Shown here piece by piece: positions 23,194-35,799 of a stretch of 64,000 bases of DNA (position 1 is its first letter; the number at the start of each line of letters is the position of its first letter). Location of the stretch: the NCBI GenBank assembly GCA_001600815.1, contig BCKZ01000007.1:1-64000 (forward strand), written 5' to 3'. The stretch is from Alloascoidea hylecoeti. Taxonomy: Eukaryota. A program made the translations under genes and the position numbers. A model generated the notes under the pieces. It was not told where the DNA came from and did no database searches. It saw only the letters and a program-made list of their open reading frames with translations.

Positions 23194-25548
23194 TCAAAGA
23201 TCAGACGTTGCTCTAGGTCTATTTCCATGTCTTCTACCATCTACACCGCCTATTTCGAGATCCAAAGTATCATCTCCCTGCAATTTAACAGGAGAAACAT
23301 TTTTATAAGTTACAAATTTAAAATCATCATCTGATTGTCTTCTCTTTTGCCACTTATTGAGATTGGTTATTTTGGAAATACTTACAGCTTTTATATTCGA
23401 GTTTTTTTCTCTTTTAAATATTTTACTAGATTGAAAAGTGATACAATCTAAAACCATTATAATAAAAACCAAAGGCCAATGTGTCAATTTCATAGTATAA
23501 ATTCTTAATATACAATGTTGACTTTCATTTAAAAATAATCGGAAAAGTCTAACAATCGTCTCATTGAAAATATTAAACGGAGGAAAGAAGTAACTTAATT
23601 CAGTATTGTTAATAGCTATTTCAACAACAATACTACTAAATGTCAGCACATAAGTTTGGTTTGCGTTCGCTAAACTTCTACGAAGTTCATTATTCATTAA
23701 TGACACCAAAACGGCAACAAGAAGCAAATTAGATAAGGTGATAAAAATTAGCATCAGAGGAGGTCCTAACCAAGGACTAATACCTTGATCATATTTAAAT
23801 CCCTCAGAACTAGCACCAAAAAATACATGCACTAGTAGAGCTGAAATTTCCTCCCAATAGTAACCATGTTTATACCCTAACATTGTAAAAGAAATTAAAA
23901 ACCCAAGATAAACGACAACAACAAATAACATAAACTTGAAAAATTCGACACACATTTTGGTTAATCCAGGAAGTAGCCCACCAAAATAGGGGAAAACCGT
24001 TAAAAATGCAAACATTCTCGGGATCAATAACACAGCTTCTATTGCAAGTAAGTCAAATGATATTCCAGCCCACCACAATCCTTTCCCATCATCATCATCA
24101 AAATGTAAAAATCCAATTATTCTTGAACATAAACTTCCGAAATATACAACAATAACTGTTAGATCCATTAAATTTGAGAAATCATCAAAATAATAATTCA
24201 AATTAGCTGCTTCTTTTAACTGTGATATTTCTTCTAAAATGATTCCAAAGAACCAAATATGCATAAATACTTCAACTATATCTATGTTCTTATGAAGATG
24301 TGCCTTAGATGAGTCAAGTGTAATATAATATAAGACTAATAGAATGAAATAATTTAGAGTTACTAAAAAAGTTCTATATCTTGGAATCCTCAACTTAGCA
24401 AACCACCCTATTTCTGTTGAATCATGAACTATTTTTGGTTCTCTAACAGCATCTGAAATGATTTTATCCCACATAACAATACGTCCAGACCAAAGATCTT
24501 GAATAAGTCTTCGAACGGATGGAGCGCAAAGAAATCTTGTACATTTATTCAGAACTGCAATTTCTAAAGTACATAATTTATCTAATGACTTCAAAGTATT
24601 GAATATATCAATCTGGGATTGATAATCAAGTACAATCAATACAGATAGTTGAGCTAACTCATTTTCTTCAATTACTTCACCTTTTATTACCTTTTGGAGG
24701 GTTTCGAACTCAAGTTTATCATACTGACAGTCAAAAGTTGAGCTGACGATTTTTTGATCTTCTGATAAAGCATTTAAATATTTTATTGAGATAGATTCAG
24801 CTGCATAAGCACGAGCTTCATAAATGGCTCTTTCTTCATCAGCATCTTCAGATATATTATTATGTGCCATGTTGGAAAAATAAAATTGTAAAGTAATTAA
24901 CGCTGTTAGGATGCCAGAATGTTGTTGTTGTTGAAATTGGTATGATTTTAAATCCGAATTTGCTACTGTATCACCTTCAAAAATATCCATGACAGGATTA
25001 GTTAAAGAGATTAATAATGGTTTGATTACAAATCGATATATGTTCGATTTAACATTCACATCATCCCGGAACCCGATGGATGAATTTCCCTCTAAAACAG
25101 ACGACTTTTCAGAGCCACCTCCACCGACAATAAAGAACTGATCCAGATCGTGAGGCAAATTCACATATTTGATAATTGTTTGCTCAATAAGAAAGACAAG
25201 TTGAGAAAAGGTGAGTGATTGGGGTAATATTGGAAAGTGTGGTACAGTTTGTTTGCGACCTGATAATATTGAAGATTTCCTCGACCCCTTCCCCTTGCCT
25301 TTTCCACAGCCAGATATAGTCAGGTAGGGAACGTCAACTATGGATTGATCATTGTTTAGCTCATGATTATGATTAACTGTAATGTTTTCCCCCTCTTCAT
25401 CGCTGGACACTTCAGTGAAGAAAAATACATCTTGAAGGTTAATATTTGTCGAATCATACTGGCGTTGTATAGATTTTAGTTCTGACTTGACTCGAGCACC
25501 TCGATTACGGCTAACATGTGAAGATACCGAAAGTCGTGTTTGCTCCAT
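23194..25548 (-). CDS. YVC1: Fungal TRP-type non-selective cation channel (YVC1-like), 784 aa
   Basis: EARAYAAE, LEIAV...FL...IQDLWSGRIV and LRIPRY motifs, a six-TM block, and FFPPFNI. May be a paralog rather than the ortholog. Confidence 0.75.
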   Translation of the reverse strand: MEQTRLSVSSHVSRNRGARVKSELKSIQRQYDSTNINLQDVFFFTEVSSDEEGENITVNHNHELNNDQSIVDVPYLTISGCGKGKGKGSRKSSILSGRKQTVPHFPILPQSLTFSQLVFLIEQTIIKYVNLPHDLDQFFIVGGGGSEKSSVLEGNSSIGFRDDVNVKSNIYRFVIKPLLISLTNPVMDIFEGDTVANSDLKSYQFQQQQHSGILTALITLQFYFSNMAHNNISEDADEERAIYEARAYAAESISIKYLNALSEDQKIVSSTFDCQYDKLEFETLQKVIKGEVIEENELAQLSVLIVLDYQSQIDIFNTLKSLDKLCTLEIAVLNKCTRFLCAPSVRRLIQDLWSGRIVMWDKIISDAVREPKIVHDSTEIGWFAKLRIPRYRTFLVTLNYFILLVLYYITLDSSKAHLHKNIDIVEVFMHIWFFGIILEEISQLKEAANLNYYFDDFSNLMDLTVIVVYFGSLCSRIIGFLHFDDDDGKGLWWAGISFDLLAIEAVLLIPRMFAFLTVFPYFGGLLPGLTKMCVEFFKFMLFVVVVYLGFLISFTMLGYKHGYYWEEISALLVHVFFGASSEGFKYDQGISPWLGPPLMLIFITLSNLLLVAVLVSLMNNELRRSLANANQTYVLTFSSIVVEIAINNTELSYFFPPFNIFNETIVRLFRLFLNESQHCILRIYTMKLTHWPLVFIIMVLDCITFQSSKIFKREKNSNIKAVSISKITNLNKWQKRRQSDDDFKFVTYKNVSPVKLQGDDTLDLEIGGVDGRRHGNRPRATSDL

Positions 25549-28049
25549 TAATAATAAATGATATCAAGTAAGTATTCCTTAAGGCGATGAAGAAGAGAGC
25601 CGAAATGTGAATGGCGTAAGCTTCATATTTATAGTTCAGTTTCTAATAAATTATGGTTTAACTAAACTTGACAATGGCAATTAATATATCAATCCCATTA
25701 TATTTATCGATATCATCCTTAATTATATAAAATGTCTGGCATATTATTCTTTTTTTACCCCATGACTCGGGGTTCAGATATCTACGATTTCTAGGTGTAT
25801 ACTAGACTCCCTATTATATTTTACAGACTCAATAGATCATACACACAGTGCCACACACCAATTGCAATGCTATTTATAGCCAGAATATAAAGCAATATGC
25901 CATAATAGTAATAATAATTACTACTATCCTAAAATTATATTTGAAATACTTTAACATACAAAAAACACTTGTTACAATGATGTGATGAAATCTTTAGATT
26001 GGTGATATTGATATGTAGTACACTAGTATATGTTTAAACCTGACCATCTTCTCTCTAGATAGTCCCTTATTTTAGCTTTAATAGAAAACATGGAGTTTAG
26101 TATTTCTAGACATGCTCTCTCGCAATCAATGCTCTAATAATCGGCCTTATTATATTTTATTATATTGATTTGTTTTGATTGAATGAAATAAGAAGTTATA
26201 TGCAGGTATATGTCTGAAGAAATCAAGGGAATAAGTATCATAATCCATAATATATTCTGAAACTTTCCTGTTTTATCGTCAATCAGATTTGAAGTTTGAG
26301 CCAGTATCGAAAAAACATCCTAATTGAAGATCTCTCGTTTATAGTGAACCAGCATCCAACACCATTGATATCCTTGGTTCAAAAACTCTAGTTGTTGGTT
26401 CTCCAGCATCCTAAATCATACTCGGGACAAAAATTCAAACACTTTAGAATTTATGTACCAAAACGTTTTTTCATGGTTTTCTGTTGAACTTCATGTTGAG
26501 TTAAATTTGCAATCGAATACCTTCGACTCCTCAATGTAAAGTGATAAATATATAACTTATGCACAGTGTACTGAGTAGCTATACTTCAAACGTATAATAC
26601 TTCATAATAGGTTCATAAACACAAACATAGAAGAATACAGTGATGATGCTAGTGAAAGAGTCAAAATAATTATTATTAAGATTTTTGAAGGTACACTTAT
26701 TATAACTGTATCTACCGCTATCACCACTTAATATTTTCCAATAAATAGCCATGCTGTTACCTTCCACTCATTTGGTGTAAGTGAGCCGGGTAAGTTTAAT
26801 TAAGGGATTCCGCAAGAAATACTTTGTTCAACAACATCATTAATATATCATAGTTTATTCTAAGTCGGTTTTAACTATAAATATTAATATTTTAATGAAA
26901 AAATGTTGCTTTTCATTTAACTTATGCCTTATACTCTAGGAGAGGAAGAAATGGAAATGAAGGACATAATTTCTTATTCAATGTTTAAGGGCTTTTATCA
27001 TGATCTTAAACTCATTTACGAGTTCCACTTACGATAGTTTAAACATTATATTTAATAACTTATGGAAAAAGGAGACTTAAATTCAAAACGGCAATGTATG
27101 AGTATAGGTTAATAAGTTATATGAAACAACTTTTAATTGGATTTGAAATTAAAATGAAGTAGAAGTAGAAACACCAGGAACTTTAGTGGCATTTCATCTC
27201 GATTATGAGATCTTATGGTCCGGATCTTAGCTCAATTAAGATAGGGTGAAGGAAAATAGCAAAGTTGAACCAGCTCCTATAAAACTACAAGATGGCCGAG
27301 AAAAAAAGCCAAATCAATTTCGGGAAGAAATACACTAGAATGTGTCCGGCTGCATAAATTCAAATCTCTACTCCATAATTATCAAATTTCGAATTCTGAA
27401 AGTGGTGAATGAACTAATAAAAATTGTAGTGGTAGGTTAAGCTTCGAATATTTATCCTAATATATAAAAATAATCTGATCCTTTTTTTTCTTCCATGCAA
27501 TATATTTCCCTATCTTAACATAATTTAAGTGCCATAAAACAGTTACAGTTTGATGTGTTGGTTTCATCAAAGTTAGGGCTGCTAAAAGGATTGTTCTCAT
27601 TAGACTAATTCAATATCTTTATAATGTATGATTAATAAGATTAAAAATGGATCATTTAGTTCTTTTACTGCAGACTATTTTTCATCTGGTATATTTATAT
27701 CCATATAATTGTGAGATCCCTTTGAGTTTAGATTAGGACAAAAATAAATGCATACAGCTTTCAATTTGTGTTCATAATAGATGATAGCATTGATACTTAT
27801 CAATGTTTAATAAATATTCTTGTTATTATTATATATATGTATATGATTAGCGACTTCACTCTTTATAAACAATCTAAAATTTAATACAAAAAAAATATAT
27901 TATGAACATGAAAGTTAAAACTTCAAGTTTAAAAAGAAAATTTCTTTTAAGAAAAAAGTATATTACAAAAAATATAGTCAAATGCCAATACACCCCCCAA
28001 TTTATGCTTCCTCCATCACTTTACAGTGATTAAAAATGTACCTGATTCC

Positions 28050-30656
28050 TTATTCTTTCTTATGTTGTAATCCTAACTCTTTGAAAAAAGATTTAAAAAT
28101 ACTTCTTCCTTTGAAAAAATTAACAATTCTAATTCTTTCATTATCTAAATGTGCATTATCAGAACTTTGTCCACATGGGAAATGAGCAACTGGTGCATCA
28201 AATTCTTTTTCTAAAAATCTGATTGATGGAATACTACCGCCTTCTCTAATAAATAATGGATCTAATCCCCATTCTAATTTTATAGCATCACGAAGAATTT
28301 GAAATGCTGCATTTGATGGATTACCTAACCATGGTTCTGCACAATGGACCAACTTTAACGATAAATGATTATCAGAGTGTAAAGTAGCAAATGAAGATCT
28401 TAGATGAGAAAATAAAAGATCTTTAACATATTGTACAGTTTGATTTGGAACTAAACGAATAGATAATGATGCAGAAGCAGTCTGTGGGATAATAGTTGAA
28501 TTACCAGGACCAGAAACAGAAACATTATGAATAGTTAAAGATGGGAAACGCCACTTTGCCATTAAAGAATCTTTATCTATTGAACAACCACCATTAGCAT
28601 CAAGATTATTTGCAATTAAAATATTTTCATAATATTTAAGTTCAGAATCAGTTACTGGCATAACTGGTTCAAGAAATCCAGGAATAATCACATTACCATT
28701 ATCATCAGTTAATTTCGAAAGTAAATTAATTAAATCAATAGTTGGTTCCCTTGAAACACCACCATCAACACCTGAATGACGATCAGGTCTATCACTACTA
28801 ACTTCAACTTTTGCACTAACGACACCACGTAATCCATAATTAAGACATGGAATGGTATCATTCAACCAGTATGAATTACTAAATAGGACCCAATCAATAT
28901 TACCAATTAAATGTTTATACTTAAGGGTCGTCCTTTGGAATCCACAACTTCCAGATTCTTCTTCACCTTCAATTAAAAAAATTATATCAAGATCAAGATT
29001 ACCTTCTTGTAAGAGTTCAGCAACAGCAAATAAAGCAGCAAGAATTGGACCTTTATTATCAGTAACACCACGACCATAAAGATAATTATCAAGGGCTGTA
29101 AGATGAAATGGATCTGTATTCCATTTATCTGTATCTTTCACAACAATAACATCATAATGTCCATAAAATAATACCCTTGTTCTCTTTTTATTACTCACTG
29201 TTTGTTTCCCATTAAAACATGCATATACAACCGGATTACCATTTTCAACAGGTAATAATCTAGATTTTGCACCAAATGATGTAAATAAACTTGATAAAAA
29301 AGTAGCACATCGACGACTATCATCAATATATAATGTAGGAACAGAAGATATTGATTTATAAGAAATAAATTTCGTTAAAGTTTTAATCATATCATTATTA
29401 GATAATGAAGAAATTGTAGAAGATCTCCTTCCATGCCCATGAGAATTAATTGAATTATCATATTGTAAAGAAGAAATATCCCAAATTGCAATTGAATTAT
29501 CATTTGAACCAGAAATTAAATAAATAGATTCATCAGTTTTAACTACTTTAACACTTAAGACATGACCATTATGTGCTATCCATTCACATCTTTCTTCATG
29601 AGGAAAACAAACTTTTGAAATACCTTTTTGTGTTCCTTTGAATACAAAATTATTATATACAGCCAAAGACATGATATCACCATCATTTGAATGAGAACAT
29701 CGTATTTGTTGGAAGGTACCAAGATCCCATAATTTTAAGTCACCACCTATTAAACCACAATATAGAAACGATTGTGAGATTGATAAAGATAATACAGGAC
29801 TTTCATTTTGTAAAGTATGGAGTAAAGTTAAGGATTGCTTGTTTTTTAAAGACCATAGTTTAACAGTTCCATCACCTCCACCAGATATCAATATATCTTC
29901 ATTATCTTTATTAGGGGATATAATCATGGAATAGACATATCCAAAATGAGCATAACTTTGTATATTTTTAAAAGGTACTTCAACTAGGTTTGAACCAACA
30001 TGTTCCATTACTTTCTTTGCCTGTAAAGGGTTTATTTTACCACCTGGACCTCTAGAATCGAAGAAAGGATCGAAACGATGTAGCGGTAGATGAGATGGAT
30101 CGTCACTTGATATTAAGTCCACATTTTTTAAGTCAACCCAAGATATCGAGGCATTCTGAGAACCAAAATAAACAGCATTTTGTTGAGGAGACCAAGCCAA
30201 AGAGAAGATATCACCTATGTCTAGCAAAGAATATATTGTTGTGAATAAAGAAAGGTCATCGACTTTATACATTCGTACCAGTGAGTCACTCCCAGAGGCA
30301 AATAACACAGTATCATTAGCTATCAGTTTCAAGCATAGTACAGCACCGGAAGAAGTAGATAGAGTAGCTTTTCGTTCGCCAGTAAATAAATCGAAAACGA
30401 TTATTTTTGAGTCCTGAGTTCCTGCGAATAATAATTGTTTTTCAACAGAAGCCTCGACGCATAAAATGGAGTTTGTGTGACGTAGGCGGTGAATAAGCTT
30501 AGGTGTGGACCACTCCACATCCTCACCATCAATAGGACTGGTACTAATTACTGGAGTTGCTGCTCGAGATATTTCACGTTGATCTATCAAAGGTGTAATA
30601 TTCAAAGTCACAGCAGGACCACATCCAGAAAAGGAGTCAGATCTGTTGATGTCCAT
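28050..30656 (-). CDS. DUG2: WD40 + M20 peptidase protein of the glutathione degradation complex, 868 aa
   Basis: N-terminal WD40 repeats; YGHYDV, GRGVTDNKGP, EGEEESGS, HSGVDGG and REGGSIP motifs. Confidence 0.96.
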   Translation of the reverse strand: MDINRSDSFSGCGPAVTLNITPLIDQREISRAATPVISTSPIDGEDVEWSTPKLIHRLRHTNSILCVEASVEKQLLFAGTQDSKIIVFDLFTGERKATLSTSSGAVLCLKLIANDTVLFASGSDSLVRMYKVDDLSLFTTIYSLLDIGDIFSLAWSPQQNAVYFGSQNASISWVDLKNVDLISSDDPSHLPLHRFDPFFDSRGPGGKINPLQAKKVMEHVGSNLVEVPFKNIQSYAHFGYVYSMIISPNKDNEDILISGGGDGTVKLWSLKNKQSLTLLHTLQNESPVLSLSISQSFLYCGLIGGDLKLWDLGTFQQIRCSHSNDGDIMSLAVYNNFVFKGTQKGISKVCFPHEERCEWIAHNGHVLSVKVVKTDESIYLISGSNDNSIAIWDISSLQYDNSINSHGHGRRSSTISSLSNNDMIKTLTKFISYKSISSVPTLYIDDSRRCATFLSSLFTSFGAKSRLLPVENGNPVVYACFNGKQTVSNKKRTRVLFYGHYDVIVVKDTDKWNTDPFHLTALDNYLYGRGVTDNKGPILAALFAVAELLQEGNLDLDIIFLIEGEEESGSCGFQRTTLKYKHLIGNIDWVLFSNSYWLNDTIPCLNYGLRGVVSAKVEVSSDRPDRHSGVDGGVSREPTIDLINLLSKLTDDNGNVIIPGFLEPVMPVTDSELKYYENILIANNLDANGGCSIDKDSLMAKWRFPSLTIHNVSVSGPGNSTIIPQTASASLSIRLVPNQTVQYVKDLLFSHLRSSFATLHSDNHLSLKLVHCAEPWLGNPSNAAFQILRDAIKLEWGLDPLFIREGGSIPSIRFLEKEFDAPVAHFPCGQSSDNAHLDNERIRIVNFFKGRSIFKSFFKELGLQHKKE

Positions 30657-30811
30657 TAATTGAGTATTGAAAATTTGATGTTTGAGTTTGTGTTTGTGTT
30701 TGTGTTGTTCTAACTGGCTGCTTATATAATTATCCTATTGTCTCTTTTTAGTTCACAATTACACCATATTTTCACCCTTGTGCGGAATGGAATTTATTTA
30801 TAAATCTAAAC

Positions 30812-31714
30812 TTACTTATAATTAATCGTCTTATTATAAATGTCCCGGCACTCAACAATCCGTAGTTCACAATATCCCATTGTTTCTTTACTACCCATAC
30901 TCCCTTTAACTTCAACCCCATTGGACTTCGCTGCCAAGAATGTTTGTGTAAGCACTTCTGTTACAACTCCCAATGTCTCTTCAACGGCTCTCCTGAGATC
31001 CGAATACCTACAATACCTGTCTAATAACATGGCACTAAATAGATCGCCTGTTCCTGTGAAATATGACTCAATCCTCGGAACTTGACATCTAAACATTCTA
31101 AATTCTCCTTCTGTGAATGTTGAGCCAATTGTACTTATAAATTCTTTATCGGATTCTCCAAGTGAGTCACAGCTTGAAATAACAATATTCTTTATTCCAA
31201 ACTTTACATGTAATTCCCCCACGACTTCCTTTAAACTATCCCAATCTATGATCTTCTTACCAGTGATTAACTCTGCCTCGAATTGATTCGGCGTGATTAA
31301 ATCTATCCCACCAGCAAGTATGACCTCCTGATATATGGGTACAACATCATCTGAAACATAAAGCTCTCCCTCATCTCCCATAACAGGATCTAATAACCAG
31401 ATTGCTTTTGGATTTCGAACCTTATTGGCTCGACATATTTTCCCGACTGTTCTTACTCCTTCACCACCTGGTATATATCCCGTTAAAAGTGCATCATAAC
31501 ATATATTAATATCTTCTAAACCACTATAAATGTCATCTATTTCATTGCAACTTGTTTTAACACCCCGTACCGACCCATATCCGGTATGATTTGAAAATTG
31601 GACGGTATTTAAAGCATCAACATCCCATCCAAGACACTGAAGTGGGAAAGTAGTTGCTTTATTGCCAACATAACCATGAACTACATGACTTTGAATAGAT
31701 AGTACACTTTTCAT
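30812..31714 (-). CDS. BUD16: Pyridoxal kinase (BUD16/BUD17 family), 300 aa
   Basis: LSIQSHVVHGYVGN, FSNHTGY, DPVMGD, TPNQFE and GTGDLF motifs. Confidence 0.93.
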   Translation of the reverse strand: MKSVLSIQSHVVHGYVGNKATTFPLQCLGWDVDALNTVQFSNHTGYGSVRGVKTSCNEIDDIYSGLEDINICYDALLTGYIPGGEGVRTVGKICRANKVRNPKAIWLLDPVMGDEGELYVSDDVVPIYQEVILAGGIDLITPNQFEAELITGKKIIDWDSLKEVVGELHVKFGIKNIVISSCDSLGESDKEFISTIGSTFTEGEFRMFRCQVPRIESYFTGTGDLFSAMLLDRYCRYSDLRRAVEETLGVVTEVLTQTFLAAKSNGVEVKGSMGSKETMGYCELRIVECRDIYNKTINYK

Positions 31715-31775
31715 GTTATTGTTAGTCTTTGTCTGTAATAGTTATTAAATAATGGCTATAATACTAATGGTTCAC

Positions 31776-31817
31776 GAGTCATGTACCTGACTCAATTTAT
31801 TTTTTTATATGACTCAT
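31776..31817. promoter_or_regulatory. Three Gcn4/AP-1 sites upstream of the pyridoxal kinase gene
   Basis: GAGTCA (31776), TGACTC (31788) and a perfect ATGACTCAT (31809-31817). Confidence 0.7.
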
Positions 31818-32306
31818 CTCTTACAAACACTTAAAAATGCTTTTTAAAAAAAATATTGAAACAGCTAGCTACATACACCAGTACATGAATAAGTTAAATT
31901 TAATGCTATGCTATAATTATATGAAACCTGATTAACTCTCAATGAATAGTATTATAAATCCAACTTAGTAAAACAAAATATGTTGGGTCTTCACGGGTTG
32001 TAAGCTTAAGGAATGTGTTTTTGAAATGGAATAATTGAAAATCAGAGTTATAAATTTACAATAATAATAGAAAACGGTTTTCAAATAACTCAAGAATAGT
32101 ACTAGAATAGTAAGCATTATATTATAGAAAGACCAGATATTCCCATTTAGAATAGATAATTGCGAATACTAACAAGTTTATATTTACAAACAATAAAACA
32201 CATTTAAATGATCATTACATTATTGAGATGATTTTTTGGTCCCCGAAAACCATCCCACTAATTCATTTAATTTTAACATCAAGTTAAAAAGACATTGTAC
32301 CAAATA

Positions 32307-32733
32307 CAGTTATTCCACTCTTATTTAGCCATATTTGAGAGCCATTGTCGTCACGTACGTATGTTTATTTTCAGCATTTCAAATCCTAATAATTTGTTTT
32401 CCAAGAGCCACATTTTTGCTCCAATGATTTAATTTAGTTCATCATGTCTTGAAATATATTTCGTCACTAATTAAAGCAATAAGTTTGCCACACTTAGATT
32501 TAGAATGTCAAATTAATCGATTCCGAAGCGGTATTCAAAACCAAAACTAGCGAACTTATTGCTCTACATAGTGACGAAATATGCATATGACACACTAAAT
32601 TAAATCATAATAAATGTAACGGCGGCATTGTGGCACCCCTGAAACGAATTAATACAGTTCGAAATGCCGAAAACAAACATACATACGTGACGACAATGGC
32701 TCTCAAATATGGCAAAATCACAGTGGAAAACCG
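32307..32733. mobile_element. Tc1/mariner-type MITE, 427 bp, ~75-bp TIRs, TA target site
   Basis: TA|CAGTTATTCCAC...gccatatttgagagccattgtcgtcacgta matches the reverse complement of tacgtgacgacaatggctctcaaatatggc...GTGGAAAACCG|TA. Confidence 0.88.
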
Positions 32734-32835
32734 TAACCTCCTGCTTTTTGGTTTTGTATTACAAGATGATTGGACTCTTCAACCCTCACGTCTTTCAAAC
32801 TAAATGGTGATATTCGTTTCTATATTTATTTACAA

Positions 32836-33390
32836 TTAATTATGTTTATTTTTATAAATTATAAATGTTTTAAATATCACATAAACAACAAGATCACCAT
32901 AAAAAGCCATCTTTTTCGAATCAGCATCAATTGAACAAGATGTACTTAAACGTATAATTGGATCATCATATGATCTTTTAAATTTTTTAAATAATTGTAA
33001 ACCATTTAATTTCCAAATGCTCATCTTACAATCATATTCAACACAAATAATTTTATTATCAACTATAAATAAAACAAGTGAATTTTTAACCCCTTCATTA
33101 TCTGGTAGAGTATGTATTATTTTTTTTGATTGTAAATCCCAAACTGTTATTTGGTTGCGAACAGTACCAAACATGTATTGATCCTTTAATGTCATGGCCC
33201 TTACTTGAATATCTTGAAATTCTCTGACATTTTCAAACGATCTATTGGTTTGAAATCTGGTAATTTCCAAATTATACAAAGCCCATCCGATGAACCAGAA
33301 ATCATATATTTCTCATTAATATTAAAACATATGACATCACCCAAATGAAATTTAATATCGAATTTTTTTGTTAGAACACCAAATAATTAT
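32836..33390 (-). pseudogene. C-terminal fragment of a WD40-repeat gene
   Basis: H...VICFNINEKYMISGSSDG, QITVWDL and MSIWKL remnants with a frameshift; homologous to 47085-47520. Confidence 0.75.
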
Positions 33391-33410
33391 AAGTTTCAAA
33401 TTTCTAAATA

Positions 33411-33594
33411 TCTTTCGACACCAATTTTGTAATTGACCAGCTATTAGCTGTTAGCCGATAAGTTTTATTAAAAAGGGAAGATCTCTTTATAGGCCTATAG
33501 TCTGCTAGAATAGCAATCTCGTATGGCAATTTATACCAATAGCAACTTTAACGCACTGTATCATTTTGTATGTTGCATAATATCAAATAATACA
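33411..33594 (-). repeat. Family B repeat, copy 2
   Basis: Reverse-complement homolog of 14938-15111; starts TGTA on the minus strand. Confidence 0.75.
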
Positions 33595-33989
33595 GCACTA
33601 TAATGAAGACTAGAAGTTCAAGTAAGGCAGCTGCTTCTACGGTACAAAAGGCTCAAAAGCGTAAGGTGCAACATAAATATTCAACAAAAACCATTTGATT
33701 TTTATTGTAATATGTTGTTTAACTCAATATAACTAAGGTCGTAGTGCATGAAGGAATTCACAACAATATTTAAGCCATTTTAAGGATAAGGTTTTACCAT
33801 TTGGGGTTTCGAAGATATTGTTAGGCCCAAAGAGCAATGCTCAGATTTGTTTGTTCTTGTTTCTAATATATAACGAGTAGTATTCCCTATAGCTGATTCA
33901 TCGAATAATACATTATTCTTTATTTGTCTCTATCTGTGGCCACTTCACATAACATTTATAAGCCAAAAAATTAAGGTCCTTAGGCTTAT

Positions 33990-34449
33990 AAGATGTTGAT
34001 TATCTGACAAATAAAATAAACAATTTAATCTTCAAACATTTATCACCAAAAACCTTACTAAATTGTAGAGAAGTCCAAATCATGGAAACAAATAGTTGAT
34101 TTTGATGATATATTGAAATCGAAGTTTAAAGATCAAATATTGGAAATACTGTAATGATGACACAGAAACCGATTCATGGTATGAATTATTTAAAGAACGA
34201 TATCTTTTAGATTTGAGCTGGAGAGATGATAAATTCATGAAGCATATCTTATGTGGTCATTCTGCCCAAACGTGGTGTGTTAAATTTTATAAAAACTGGA
34301 TTTTAACTGGTTCAGAAGATTGTACAATTAGAATTTGGGATAGTGAAACATTTGAATGTTTAAGAGTTATAGGTGAACCAGATCCTGAGTTTTTCAGAGG
34401 GTATTATAACTATTATCTAACAACTGGAATTGATGCTTCAATCTTATAA
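33990..34449 (+). pseudogene. N-terminal fragment of an F-box/WD40 gene
   Basis: F-box remnant LIFKHLSPKTLLNCREV-(frameshift)-KSWKQIV followed by GHSAQTWCVKFYKNWILTGSEDCTIRIWD, then truncation. Confidence 0.82.
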
Positions 34450-35799
34450 GTCTATTTTTTGTAGAGGACAAATATCACAAACCATTTAATATTAAATTTC
34501 TATCATACTAAAAGTGATATATCGATATGAATAACCTATAAACCAATTTCAAATATTTTCAAATAAATCATATAGTATAGCTTCTCAAATGCAGGTAGAT
34601 TTTAGAGTTATATAAATCAACACCCGTAGAATGCCTTTTTCTTTTATCAATAACAATGTATAAGATTGTAGAGCTTTATATATAATTCAATTAATGTTGT
34701 ACCTTCCAAATATTTCAGCAACAAAGAATATTATTTGAAGTATTAACTATCAGAGACTTAAATAATTTAATCAATATAAACTGAACCTAATAAGTCTTAT
34801 GTTTTTCAGCGTTATGATGAAATATTATTTCATGTCATAGAATAAAAATATTTAGGGCACTCAATTAAAATTCTTCGACCGTCATGGGAACTTGCATTGG
34901 AGACACTAATGGTTATAAAATGGTGCTTATACTCTGATCAAAACCACCTATTGTTTTTCTTTTTCAATCAAATTCCTTAGCAGTTAAATCAATCGCAAAT
35001 CATTAATCTGTGTCAAATCAAAATCAAATTTTTAAAGATGTAAGAAAAAGGAAATTACAAATACCGTTGTTATTAATCATGGAATTATTTGCTAACCATA
35101 GAAAGAAAATCAGTATCATAAAAATCGGAAACTAATTACAGCTATTTTAGACCTTGGTATCGGGAATCGCTATAAATGAATTTTAAAAGGTAATAAAAGA
35201 AATGTTATCTATTGAGACTCCTGTTGAAAATCTTATTGATGTGGTAGAAACGAAGATGAAATTCGGTTTTAAATATAAATTTATGTGTTTTAAAGTATTA
35301 ATTGTAGTTGTAGTTGTAGTTGTGGGGTATAAAGTTTAAAACAAAACAAAAAAACCATTCCATATCAATATTAGAATAACTTATTTTCTATTTAAACGTT
35401 TGTATATATATGCTTTGTAAATTTATGATTTTTTCAATTTGATTCTTAAAGAGAACGTTCTTCAAATAATTCCTACCACGAATCGGTATTTTTTTTTAAC
35501 TATAGTATCTCCAATATTATTGATCTTTAGATTGTGATGATCCAGCTGTCTGTTTCCATGATTAATTAAGATACTTCTCTACAAACATGTAAAGCTTATT
35601 GTGATAATTGTTTGAAGATTGCTGGATATGGTTAAAGCTTCTTCTTTATAATATTCATGGTAATTAGATGCTCATAAATATAAATTTAGGCTCATTATTA
35701 TCGCTGTTATATGCAAAATTAAAGTTATAATTATGCCAAATGGGCAGAATTTTAACTAGACCAGTTACTGAGTACAATATGAACATTGACTTTGTTGCA

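Noticed and set aside
26200..27350. Coding-like debris between the TRP channel gene and DUG2
   Set aside because: Stops in the frames examined and no family I can recognise.
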